Positions 9,352 to 17,869 of a stretch of DNA of 64,000 nt are shown here, piece by piece. Location: positions 1 to 64,000 of IMG/VR virus record IMGVR_UViG_3300035422_000248; one strand, given 5' to 3'. Under the pieces are notes generated by a model. It worked only from the letters and a program-made list of their open reading frames with translations, was not told where the DNA came from and did no database searches. The DNA comes from an uncultured virus (IMG/VR IMGVR_UViG_3300035422_000248). Its lineage: Duplodnaviria; Heunggongvirae; Uroviricota; Caudoviricetes. Numbering within the stretch: position 1 is the first letter of the stretch; each line of letters starts with the position of its first letter. Both the position numbers and the translations under genes were made by a program.

Positions 9352-9775
9352 ACGCAGGACTAATCAACTTGAATTGCTCAAACGATTAGGTTATGAGGTT
9401 GACAATGCCAACGCGCCACGCAAGGCGAATAAGTATCACGCAAAGCGCGTTGGCACTCATGCCTCTCAAAAGGAGCATGGCCGGGCAGCTACCCTCAAAC
9501 TATGGCAGCGCGCCGGGGTTATCTCCAATCTTCGTGAGCAAGTATCCTTTGAACTCATTCCTGCCCAGTATGGCGAGTGCGGCACCAACCTCAAAGGCAA
9601 GCCGGTCCGCGTCTGCTTGGAGCGTGCCTGCAAGTATATCGCCGACTTTGTCTATACCGACAACGAAACCGGGCAGACCATCGTGGAGGACACCAAAGGC
9701 GTGTTAACCGAGGTATATAAAATCAAGCGGAAACTCATGCTCTATGTGCATGGCATCCGCATTAAGGAAGTCTGA
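9344..9775 (+). CDS. DUF1064-like PD-(D/E)XK endonuclease
   Basis: NKYHAKR, YIADFVY, IVEDTKG, YKIKRKL. Confidence 0.8.
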   Translation: MAKRRTNQLELLKRLGYEVDNANAPRKANKYHAKRVGTHASQKEHGRAATLKLWQRAGVISNLREQVSFELIPAQYGECGTNLKGKPVRVCLERACKYIADFVYTDNETGQTIVEDTKGVLTEVYKIKRKLMLYVHGIRIKEV

Positions 9776-9777
9776 CT

Positions 9778-10371
9778 ATGGAGAGAGAAAGTTTTATATT
9801 CTACCGCAGTTTTTATGAGGCAATCAAATGTATGCCCCCGGATGTGCAGGCAGAGATTTATCCTGCCATCTGCGAGTATGCTCTATTCGGACGGACACCC
9901 AAAACCCTTTCCGAGGTCGCAAAGGGTATGTTCACTCTGATTAAGCCGAATATTGACGTTAACACGGCTCGGTTTGAGAATGGTAAGAAGGGCGGTCGCA
10001 AAAAGAAATCTCGCCCTGCTTCCTCCAAAGATGACTATTCTCTGACCTATGAGCAGGAGGTGGAGCAGATGCGCAATGATGAGAACTGGCGAAAGACTAT
10101 CTGCGAAGATTTCAACATCTCGGCGGAAGAATATGACAAACGTCTCTCTCGCTTTCTTGATCGTTGCAACGATGACAAGGAGCGCAAGGGCAAACTCCAC
10201 CATGATAGTTTCGTGGATTGTCAGAGCCACTTGCGCTACTGGATGACAAAAGCATATCCCGCTCCGCAACCTGCGCCCCCGGCCCCCGACAACAATATTG
10301 ACAATGACCCTCCTTTCCCCACGACCTCCGACTACACTTTCAACGGCGGCTTCGGTGGAATGGATGATTGA
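9778..10371 (+). CDS. Putative replication initiator (DUF6291-like N-terminus)
   Basis: ESFIFYRSFYEAI...ENGKKGGR N-terminal domain; precedes the loader ATPase. Confidence 0.7.
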   Translation: MERESFIFYRSFYEAIKCMPPDVQAEIYPAICEYALFGRTPKTLSEVAKGMFTLIKPNIDVNTARFENGKKGGRKKKSRPASSKDDYSLTYEQEVEQMRNDENWRKTICEDFNISAEEYDKRLSRFLDRCNDDKERKGKLHHDSFVDCQSHLRYWMTKAYPAPQPAPPAPDNNIDNDPPFPTTSDYTFNGGFGGMDD

Positions 10372-10383
10372 CACTAAACTCTT

Positions 10384-11247
10384 ATGGCATATCCGTCTTG
10401 TTTGATTGAAGAACTTGCGAAGTACAATGCTAAACCCACTGGTGATATTGAGTGGGACCGTGCTGTTCTGCATACTCTTCGCTGTAACGCCCAGTCAGCT
10501 GCCTCGTTTGAAAGCATGAGGCTGTCAAGTGCAGTTACAAAAATGAAAGATGAGCAACGCCGTGCGATGCAGGCGTTTCCCGACCTTTCAGATGAAGAGG
10601 TGTATGGATTTCACTGTCGCTTCCTCGTGAGGGTGGCAAATGAAATTCTCGGCCTCCAGTCTCGCAAGTTTGTCATTGATGACAACAATCGTGACATCCT
10701 GCGGTTTCTGCTCCTGTACTTCAACGAGTGTCCTCTTGCCGAAGAGGTATTCCCTGGCCGAGGTTATAAACTCCACAAGAACCTAATCCTCATGGGCGCA
10801 GTCGGTGTCGGTAAAACACTGCTCATGCAGATTTTTTCCGAGTATCTCCGGCGCGTGGGCAATCCTCGCTACTTCCAGTGTGTATCGGTCACACAGGTTG
10901 TCAACCATTACAAGCTGCACAACAACATGGATCTATACACCTACAACGAAGAAGATTTGCGCGGCTTCCAAATCAACCCTTACCATATCTGCCTCAACGA
11001 TATTGGTATGGACAATGCCCCGTTCTATGGAGTTGACACCCTCTCGGTAATGAATGATTTTCTCCACGCTCGCAATGAATTGTGGTCTAATCTTGCCATT
11101 TCTGACCGCCGGTTCACTTACCTCACGACAAATCTCAACGTCAAGCAACTGGGCGATACATTCAAGCGCAAAGATGCCTTTGGGCGCACGGTTGACCGCT
11201 TCAAGACCTTTAATGTCATAGACTGCCCCGGCGAGTCTCGCCGATAA
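10384..11247 (+). CDS. DnaC-like AAA+ ATPase (helicase loader)
   Basis: Walker A GAVGVGKT, LTTNL, C-terminal GESRR. Confidence 0.8.
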   Translation: MAYPSCLIEELAKYNAKPTGDIEWDRAVLHTLRCNAQSAASFESMRLSSAVTKMKDEQRRAMQAFPDLSDEEVYGFHCRFLVRVANEILGLQSRKFVIDDNNRDILRFLLLYFNECPLAEEVFPGRGYKLHKNLILMGAVGVGKTLLMQIFSEYLRRVGNPRYFQCVSVTQVVNHYKLHNNMDLYTYNEEDLRGFQINPYHICLNDIGMDNAPFYGVDTLSVMNDFLHARNELWSNLAISDRRFTYLTTNLNVKQLGDTFKRKDAFGRTVDRFKTFNVIDCPGESRR

Positions 11248-11259
11248 TCTTATCAAATT

Positions 11260-11487
11260 ATGGATAAAGAAATTAACAACTCCGATGTTGCAGGCACACT
11301 TCTCTCCGTGGAGCAGACCAACCACTGCGCCGAACGTGCCTACTGGTGGATGAAAGGTGTTGACAAGGATACCGCTGAACGCCTCGGTGTCGCGGATATG
11401 GTGAAAAACGTCTTATCCCTCCTCCAAAAGGTTGACAACATCACAATGGATATTCAGATTACAATCAAAAACAAAACTCAACAATGA
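11260..11487 (+). CDS. Hypothetical protein
   Basis: Operon packing. Confidence 0.6.
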   Translation: MDKEINNSDVAGTLLSVEQTNHCAERAYWWMKGVDKDTAERLGVADMVKNVLSLLQKVDNITMDIQITIKNKTQQ

Positions 11488-11855
11488 CTACAGTAACTAT
11501 CATTTCTATCTGCCTTGCCGTGGTACTGGCTTTCTTCCTCGGACGCTGTATGTATATCAGCAAACGCAGAGCCAATCGTGTGGCAAAGCAAAAAGATGAA
11601 ATCAAGAAACTAAACCACCGCTTGGACAAAATCGCCGACTCTTCAAAGTATGACCGATACTATGAAGTTGAAGAGGACGAACTCGGCAATGCCTATAACG
11701 TCAATATGAAAGTTTATATCCGCGTATCAACCTACGCCGGAGAGCATATTGACACCGTGTGCTACTGCCTTATCAAGTCATTCCCCTTTGAGGATGACAA
11801 GGAGTTTGCCCTCAACGAAGCAACTGAATTACTTGATAAACTCAACGAAAGATGA
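11484..11855 (+). CDS. Membrane-anchored hypothetical protein
   Basis: N-terminal TM helix, then coiled coil; ATGA overlaps. Confidence 0.65.
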   Translation: MTTVTIISICLAVVLAFFLGRCMYISKRRANRVAKQKDEIKKLNHRLDKIADSSKYDRYYEVEEDELGNAYNVNMKVYIRVSTYAGEHIDTVCYCLIKSFPFEDDKEFALNEATELLDKLNER

Positions 11856-12277
11856 AAGCACTTACAGCATCTAACATTTATCAAAGCAATCGGTTGATTT
11901 GTTACGGCGTTGACACGAAGACCGCAGATATGTTTTGGCAAGTTCCAGTAACAGTATCTCAGAAACGACAAGGCGAACATATACTTTTAATCCGACATGG
12001 AGAATATGAACTCTACCCCGGTGACATTCCTGCATGGTCTTTATCTGCATTACTCACATCCGTATTGCCAGCACGCATCGAGATAGGATCATTAAAGGCC
12101 GAATTAAGACTTTCCACACGACTCACCGATAATGGTAACTGTGTGTGGGGCATCTCTTACCAATTTGGTGAGACGCCGATGTGCTACCATGAATCCGCCG
12201 ATCCAATTCAAGCGTGCATTGAAATGATTGAATGGCTTGCTAAACATAGGCGTGCCGACAAAATCTATTTCCTCTAA
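11852..12277 (+). CDS. Hypothetical phage protein
   Basis: IPAWSLSALL motif; operon packing. Confidence 0.65.
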   Translation: MKALTASNIYQSNRLICYGVDTKTADMFWQVPVTVSQKRQGEHILLIRHGEYELYPGDIPAWSLSALLTSVLPARIEIGSLKAELRLSTRLTDNGNCVWGISYQFGETPMCYHESADPIQACIEMIEWLAKHRRADKIYFL

Positions 12278-12289
12278 ATCAATAATGGT

Positions 12290-12601
12290 ATGAGTTACTT
12301 TGAAGACAATTCCGACTATTTGATTTACGGGCCAAGACTTCGCCCTGCTGATTTAAGTCGGCAGACATACGAAAGACAAAAGCAGTTAAAGCAGGAAGAA
12401 GAAAATCAAAACCGAAAAAGAGCATTAAAGAACAAAGTTTGGAGATATTGGGCATCGGGTATCAATATTTCAAGTATGACTATTGAGCATCTTGAACGTG
12501 CTATCAAACTTTGTCTCGATAACCCCACAAATCCTCGGTATGACGGCTTTCTCCCCTTGTTGCAAGAACGTCTGAATTATAAGAAATCAAACTTGAAATA
12601 G
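12290..12601 (+). CDS. Hypothetical protein
   Basis: Operon packing. Confidence 0.6.
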   Translation: MSYFEDNSDYLIYGPRLRPADLSRQTYERQKQLKQEEENQNRKRALKNKVWRYWASGINISSMTIEHLERAIKLCLDNPTNPRYDGFLPLLQERLNYKKSNLK

Positions 12602-12604
12602 AAT

Positions 12605-13054
12605 ATGAGAGAAATAAAATTCAGAGGAAAAGTCAAAGGCACACAAGACTGGGTGCATGGGTCGCTCATCATTTATGGCGATGGAGAACATAACATTCAC
12701 GTTCAACGGAAACACAACTTCAAGATGGACGCATGGAATGTTGAGCCGGACACCGTAGGTCAATACACTGGCTTGAAAGACGGCAACCGCAAAGAAGTCT
12801 ATGAGGGCGATATAGTCATGACTTACGTCCTTTTCATTGACGAAGAGGAAATGCAGCGAGAGTTTTGGCGTGTAGGCGAGGTGCGTTTCATCACTGGAGG
12901 TTTCCGTCTTACCAACTGCACCAACTATGATGACTGTCGCATGGAAGAAAAGTCCGACATTCAACCCTCTCCTAAATCAACATTCTCATTCCCTGCTTAT
13001 CGCTCCGAAGTAATAGGAAACATATTTGAAAACCCCATTTTAATTAACAAATAA
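12605..13054 (+). CDS. YopX-family protein
   Basis: MREIKFRGK, VGQYTGLKD..EVYEGDIV, EVIGNIFENP. Confidence 0.9.
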   Translation: MREIKFRGKVKGTQDWVHGSLIIYGDGEHNIHVQRKHNFKMDAWNVEPDTVGQYTGLKDGNRKEVYEGDIVMTYVLFIDEEEMQREFWRVGEVRFITGGFRLTNCTNYDDCRMEEKSDIQPSPKSTFSFPAYRSEVIGNIFENPILINK

Positions 13055-13056
13055 CA

Positions 13057-13641
13057 ATGAAAAATCCCGAATTAAAAGACATCAAAGCTGCCTATGGGGT
13101 AGCCGATGAAAACGGAAAGAAGATGCTCCGCGCTCTCTATCCCGATGTGTTCACAACCGCAACCACCGACAACCGCCCCGTCACTGCGCGTATCAAGACC
13201 TTTGAGGACGCTTGCAATGCTCTCGGCAATCATCCCCTCGTAAACCACTACCGCTACATCGTTGAGGAAGCAGAGAAGAAAATGGACGAAACCGGCGCAG
13301 ACATCGTGGCGTTCCTCAAACTCCGTATCGTAGCGGCCGCCCTCAACGAGGGGTGGACTCCCGACTGGGGCAACAAGGATCAGCGCAAGTGGTATCCGTG
13401 GTTCTATATCCTCACCGAGCAGGAGTACAACGACCTTGAAGAGGAAGAGAAGTGCCGTGTGGTTGGTCGTGCGAGCGTCAGTGCGAGTGCGTATGGCGGT
13501 CTCGTTTATGCGAACGCGAACTACGTTTCTTCGTACTCGTACACGAACGGCGGCTCTCGGCTCGCCTTCAAATCTTCAGAACTGGCCGAATACTGCGCAA
13601 AGCAGTTCGGCGAATTGTGGGCCGCGTTCCTCATCGCTTGA
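13057..13641 (+). CDS. Second DGR target protein (194 aa) carrying VR2
   Basis: Contains CRVVGRA...GGSRLAF encoded by an adenine-mutated copy of TR. Confidence 0.9.
   Translation: MKNPELKDIKAAYGVADENGKKMLRALYPDVFTTATTDNRPVTARIKTFEDACNALGNHPLVNHYRYIVEEAEKKMDETGADIVAFLKLRIVAAALNEGWTPDWGNKDQRKWYPWFYILTEQEYNDLEEEEKCRVVGRASVSASAYGGLVYANANYVSSYSYTNGGSRLAFKSSELAEYCAKQFGELWAAFLIA
13453..13563 (+). repeat. DGR variable repeat VR2 (remote)
   Basis: 111-nt ungapped match to TR with 11 mismatches, all at TR adenines; followed by GCCTTCA like VR1. Confidence 0.95.
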
Positions 13642-13659
13642 AACATCCAAAACTATTAT

Positions 13660-13683
13660 GGCCGCCGGTCCCATCCGGCGGCC
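13660..13683 (+). other. GC hairpin downstream of the VR2 gene (DGR homing hairpin or terminator)
   Basis: GGCCGCCGG-TCCCAT-CCGGCGGCC, perfect 9-bp stem. Confidence 0.65.
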
Positions 13684-13711
13684 GATTTCCAAAACCTAAA
13701 AAGAAAGAATT

Positions 13712-14080
13712 ATGAGCAAACAACAATGTGAAATCTGCGGTCAGATGAAATCACAGCAAGAAATGTCAAAATCATACAAGCACCGATGTAAAGAGTGCGT
13801 GGCGCGTCTCACCCGGATTGAACGCCAAGCCGCAAAACAACGTGCAGAGAATATAAATCAGCAACTGGAGGGGACAGGCTATACTCCGGTCTCTCCCGAA
13901 GATAGACGCCGGGAGCGTATTCAAATCGCCACGGCCGCCATGCAGGGAATGATTACCGCTGATATGCATTACAACAGTCTAATGGATATGAAAGGCTTAG
14001 CCGTCACTTCATTGAAGTTCGCGGATGCTCTCCTTGCCGAGGTTGACAAAGAAGAGAAAGGAGGTAACGATGCTGATTGA
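13712..14080 (+). CDS. Zinc-finger hypothetical protein
   Basis: CEIC...CKEC; C-terminal RIQIATAAMQGM...FADALLAE phage motif. Confidence 0.7.
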   Translation: MSKQQCEICGQMKSQQEMSKSYKHRCKECVARLTRIERQAAKQRAENINQQLEGTGYTPVSPEDRRRERIQIATAAMQGMITADMHYNSLMDMKGLAVTSLKFADALLAEVDKEEKGGNDAD

Positions 14081-14375
14081 AATTCTCTCACACCTCGCGT
14101 CAGTAATCGTTACTGCCGTGGTAATCTTTCTCATCATCCTGCTCATCAACCGCCATGAGCGCAAGCGTCACGAGAACTACCACATCACTATCGAGTATAG
14201 AGGCTTTCGGTTCTCGTACAGCAAAATGGCAGAATGCCTTGAAGTCCTCAACGAACTCGGCGCAGAGGGTTGGGAAATCGCAACCTGCGCAGGCGAAGAT
14301 AGTTTTGCAGCTTACCTCATCCTCAAACGTGAAACCCTCCATACATCAAAGCCAAATGAAAATAGACAATCATGA
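14070..14375 (+). CDS. Membrane-anchored DUF4177-like protein
   Basis: TM helix plus LNELGAEGWEI motif. Confidence 0.6.
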   Translation: MLIEILSHLASVIVTAVVIFLIILLINRHERKRHENYHITIEYRGFRFSYSKMAECLEVLNELGAEGWEIATCAGEDSFAAYLILKRETLHTSKPNENRQS

Positions 14376-14602
14376 GTACTATCAGCAAGCAACTCGCCCT
14401 CATCCTCGTTAAAGAGGTCATCGCCGAGAAACGAAACAACAAAATCCATCCCGACTATGCCCTCGGCCTGGAAGTCGGAGCGAAGATAACCGAAGCGTTA
14501 AATGAACTGGTCGCTGACGGCTCGCTAATCGAACGTCAAGCCTCCGTCAATCGTCTCCCAGCCTATGCGATACCCGAAACGCCGAGCCAACCTGCTCTAT
14601 AA
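14372..14602 (+). CDS. Hypothetical protein, possible winged helix
   Basis: EALNELVADGSLI pattern; ATGA overlap. Confidence 0.55.
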   Translation: MSTISKQLALILVKEVIAEKRNNKIHPDYALGLEVGAKITEALNELVADGSLIERQASVNRLPAYAIPETPSQPAL

Positions 14603-14741
14603 GTTGCGCCGTAAGGGGATTGAAGCCGACACCAAACAGCGTGTTATCTTCATCCCCTACGGTGAGCAACCGCAACAATACATTCAAGCCGTCCGGCTCT
14701 GCCGTGAGTTTTATTTCAACATCCAATACATAATCACATGA
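14565..14741 (+). CDS. Hypothetical protein, 58 aa (not in the ORF track)
   Basis: Read by hand: MRYPKRRANLLYKLRRKG...NIQYIIT*; ATGA overlap with the radical SAM gene. Confidence 0.55.
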   Translation: MRYPKRRANLLYKLRRKGIEADTKQRVIFIPYGEQPQQYIQAVRLCREFYFNIQYIIT

Positions 14742-15640
14742 ACATAGGTCTCGTAGATGTAGATAGTCATAATTATCCTAACCTCGCATTGATGAAAATT
14801 AGTGCGTGGCACAAAGCGCATGGAGATATTGTTGAATGGGCAATGCCTATGTTCGGAGATTATGACCGCGTGTATCAGTCCAAGATATTCACCTTTACTC
14901 CCGATGAGCAGACTAACTGGAACTGCGAAGTTGTAAGAGGTGGCACCGGTTATGACATTCGCAGTCGCTTGCCGGAGGATATGGAGAGGTCAACGGCTAT
15001 GGATTATTCAATCTATCCGCAATATGAGTTTTCGATCCAATTCTTTTCGCGCGGTTGTATCCGGCATTGTCCGTTCTGCCTTGTGCATGACAAAGAGGGT
15101 TTAATCCACCCGGTAGAGCCGTTGCAACTCAATCCCAACGGCAAGCATATAGAGGTGCTTGACAATAATTTCTTTGCCAATCCCGAATGGAAATTTGCCG
15201 TGGACTTTCTGCTTGCCACAAAGCAGAAAGTAAATCTGCATGGTGTTGACATCCGCATTATGGACGAGGAGCAGGCTTTTTGGCTCAATAAATTGCCGTT
15301 GCATAAGAATGTGCATATCGCATGGGATTTGCCTCAGATAGACCTCACCGACAAGCTGCGCGAGGTTATCCGCTACATCAAGCCGTGGAAACTCATGTGC
15401 TATGTGCTTGTCGGCTTCAACTCCACGATTGAGCAGGATATGTACCGCATTGAGCGTCTGCGAGAACTCGGCATTAAGCCATACGTTATGCCTTACCGCG
15501 ACTTTGAGAATAAGACCCAGCCGAGCCAGTATGCAAAGGATTTGGCGCAATACGTCAACAAGCCGATGATTTTCAAGTCCTGCAAGTTTGAGGATTTCTC
15601 ACCGCGCAAAGGTTTCATTTGTAAAGCATATCTGACATGA
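14738..15640 (+). CDS. Radical SAM protein
   Basis: SRGCIRHCPFC CxxxCxxC motif; N-terminal YPNLALMKISAWHK; LDNNF. Confidence 0.88.
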   Translation: MNIGLVDVDSHNYPNLALMKISAWHKAHGDIVEWAMPMFGDYDRVYQSKIFTFTPDEQTNWNCEVVRGGTGYDIRSRLPEDMERSTAMDYSIYPQYEFSIQFFSRGCIRHCPFCLVHDKEGLIHPVEPLQLNPNGKHIEVLDNNFFANPEWKFAVDFLLATKQKVNLHGVDIRIMDEEQAFWLNKLPLHKNVHIAWDLPQIDLTDKLREVIRYIKPWKLMCYVLVGFNSTIEQDMYRIERLRELGIKPYVMPYRDFENKTQPSQYAKDLAQYVNKPMIFKSCKFEDFSPRKGFICKAYLT

Positions 15641-15888
15641 GCCACAAGGTAAAATATCCCATCTGCGGATTGTGTGAAAACTTCCGTTGGTTTAGCCTCG
15701 CACCTCAACATGGAGAATGTGTTGTTATCCCCGGCGAACGCTCACCGCAATCCGACCCCTGCGATAATTACCGCTGTGGCTACAACGAAGAGACAATCAA
15801 ATCATACATAGAACTCGGTCAGCGGTTAGCCGACATCGACCTAAACCCTAAAAACATCATTCCGATATATGACACTCCGCGTCTTTGA
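15637..15888 (+). CDS. Cys-rich hypothetical protein
   Basis: CGLC..C..C; overlaps both neighbours. Confidence 0.55.
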   Translation: MSHKVKYPICGLCENFRWFSLAPQHGECVVIPGERSPQSDPCDNYRCGYNEETIKSYIELGQRLADIDLNPKNIIPIYDTPRL

Positions 15889-17410
15889 AGCCTTTGCAGG
15901 CTACGGCTCTCAATCAATCGCCCTCGGACTACTCGCCGAGGCTTTCCCCGATTTCCGCTTTCAGACTGTCGGAATATCGGAAATTGACAAGTACGCAATC
16001 AAGGCATACGCCGCTCTCCACGGTTCAACAATACCCAACCACGGAGACATTACCAAGATTGACTGGTCGCAGACCGCCGATTTTGACCTCCTCACATACT
16101 CGTTCCCCTGCCAAGACATTTCTTCAGCAGGCAAACAGCGCGGTTTCTCCGAGGGGAGCGGCACACGCTCCTCCTGCCTATGGGCCTGCGCCAACGCCAT
16201 TGAAAAGAAGCGTCCTAAGTTCCTGCTCATGGAGAATGTAAAAGCACTCACTCAAACCAAATTCGCCGATGACTTCCGGCGTTGGCGCGAGTGGCTCATC
16301 AAGCAGGGATATAAAAACTACTACACAATCCTCAACGCAAAAGACTACGGCGTACCGCAGAACCGTGAGCGCGTCTTTATGGTCTCGTTCCTCGGCGATC
16401 ATTCCCCTTACTCTTTCCCCAAGCCGTTTGAACTCACACGGCGGCTGAAACACATCCTCGAAGATGAAGTTGAAGAGAAATACTGGTTGAAGCCGGAGCA
16501 GATACGCGCCATCATCAACCACAACGAGCGCAAGCAGTCCGAAGGGTGCGGTTTCAAAACCAACTTTCAGACCGGCGAGGGTATCAGCGGAGCAATCAAG
16601 ACAAAGGAGGGGAGCCGCGAATACGACACCTACGGCAAAGTTCCTACCTACGGCAATAGCCGTCTCAACTCCATGATAGCCGACGGCAAGATTGACCCCG
16701 AAGAAGTAATGTGGATTGACTGTTACAACCAGCGCGTTGACCCCGACATCGCCGGAACAATCCTTGCACGAGTGAATGCAACCGGGCATTATCTTGTGTC
16801 CGACCCTCGCGGTTGCGCCATGCGTGGCCGCCCCGATGCATCCGGGCGCAATGCACAGCAGATTGAACTCGGTTCTGACATCGCCAACGCCCTTACCTCC
16901 GTCCAAAAGGACAGCATGGTTGCCGAACCGCGCGTTATACAGGTTGGCAACCTCATCGAGGACTCCAACTATAAGAACCCACACCGCGGACGTGTCTATT
17001 CCATTGAGGGAATTGCGCCCTGCTTAAACTGCAACGAGGGGGGGCAGCGTGAAGTCAAGATATTACAGCGTGGCCACGGCTTCGCCAAAGGAGGTGTCTA
17101 TGACGTTGCGCCCGCGCTCACCTCCTCCAAATGGCAGGATAATAATTTTGCTATTATTGAGTATTGGATACGCAAACTCACTCCGCGCGAATGTTTCCGG
17201 CTCATGGACGTTCCCGAACACCTCATTGACCGCCTCCTCTCCGCAGGTATCTCCAACAGCCAACTCTATAAACTGGCAGGTAACTCAATCGTGGTGGCAG
17301 TTCTTTACCACATCTTCCGCAAGATGTTCACCGAGACTGCAAAGGAATATGGCGCACCGATCGCCCATAGCCATGAAGCACCCATAATTCAGCAACTCTC
17401 GCTTTTCTAA
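15869..17410 (+). CDS. DNA (cytosine-5)-methyltransferase (orphan)
   Basis: FAGYG, SFPCQD, MENV, QNRERVF, LTPRECFRL, AGNSI motifs. Confidence 0.95.
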   Translation: MTLRVFEAFAGYGSQSIALGLLAEAFPDFRFQTVGISEIDKYAIKAYAALHGSTIPNHGDITKIDWSQTADFDLLTYSFPCQDISSAGKQRGFSEGSGTRSSCLWACANAIEKKRPKFLLMENVKALTQTKFADDFRRWREWLIKQGYKNYYTILNAKDYGVPQNRERVFMVSFLGDHSPYSFPKPFELTRRLKHILEDEVEEKYWLKPEQIRAIINHNERKQSEGCGFKTNFQTGEGISGAIKTKEGSREYDTYGKVPTYGNSRLNSMIADGKIDPEEVMWIDCYNQRVDPDIAGTILARVNATGHYLVSDPRGCAMRGRPDASGRNAQQIELGSDIANALTSVQKDSMVAEPRVIQVGNLIEDSNYKNPHRGRVYSIEGIAPCLNCNEGGQREVKILQRGHGFAKGGVYDVAPALTSSKWQDNNFAIIEYWIRKLTPRECFRLMDVPEHLIDRLLSAGISNSQLYKLAGNSIVVAVLYHIFRKMFTETAKEYGAPIAHSHEAPIIQQLSLF

Positions 17411-17450
17411 ACTTAAAACCCCCAACATCGCTTTATCCCCTAACTTTGCC
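17407..17450 (+). promoter_or_regulatory. Late-promoter motif, copy 1
   Basis: CTAAACTTAAA-N22-CTAACTTTGCC. Confidence 0.65.
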
Positions 17451-17452
17451 AA

Positions 17453-17830
17453 ATGATTAAACTCTTGGAACATACTCGCCGACCCGACATAACCTTTTGG
17501 CGTGACGGTCGCATTTACATCACGGCACGAGTGGCGCGCCTGCTATCCCTGCGTCCGGGCGATGCGCTCAACATCGCCGTCAGAGACGGTGAGTATCTTC
17601 TGCACGCCATTCACCTTCATAACGCTATCGGCTACCACGAGGCACAATGCTTCCCTACGAATAAAAGGAAAGGCAGAGGCAACAATCTCCGTGCAAACTC
17701 CGTGCGCTTGTGTCGCATTCTCCTTAATTCCTCTGGTATCACTGCCGACCGCGCTTCATACATGATTGGCGAAGCCTTTGTGCAGGACTCAGTGACGTAT
17801 GTTCCAATCATAACCCTGCATCCACTATGA
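17453..17830 (+). CDS. Hypothetical protein
   Basis: 125-aa ORF directly after the promoter motif. Confidence 0.7.
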   Translation: MIKLLEHTRRPDITFWRDGRIYITARVARLLSLRPGDALNIAVRDGEYLLHAIHLHNAIGYHEAQCFPTNKRKGRGNNLRANSVRLCRILLNSSGITADRASYMIGEAFVQDSVTYVPIITLHPL

Positions 17831-17869
17831 CTTGCTTTAGCATGGTGAGCACCTATAAAATTTAACAAT

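Noticed and set aside
13436..13715. Two 87-aa ORFs similar to ORFs at 27053-27523
   Set aside because: Alternate-frame readings of VR2; the similarity is due to the DGR repeat
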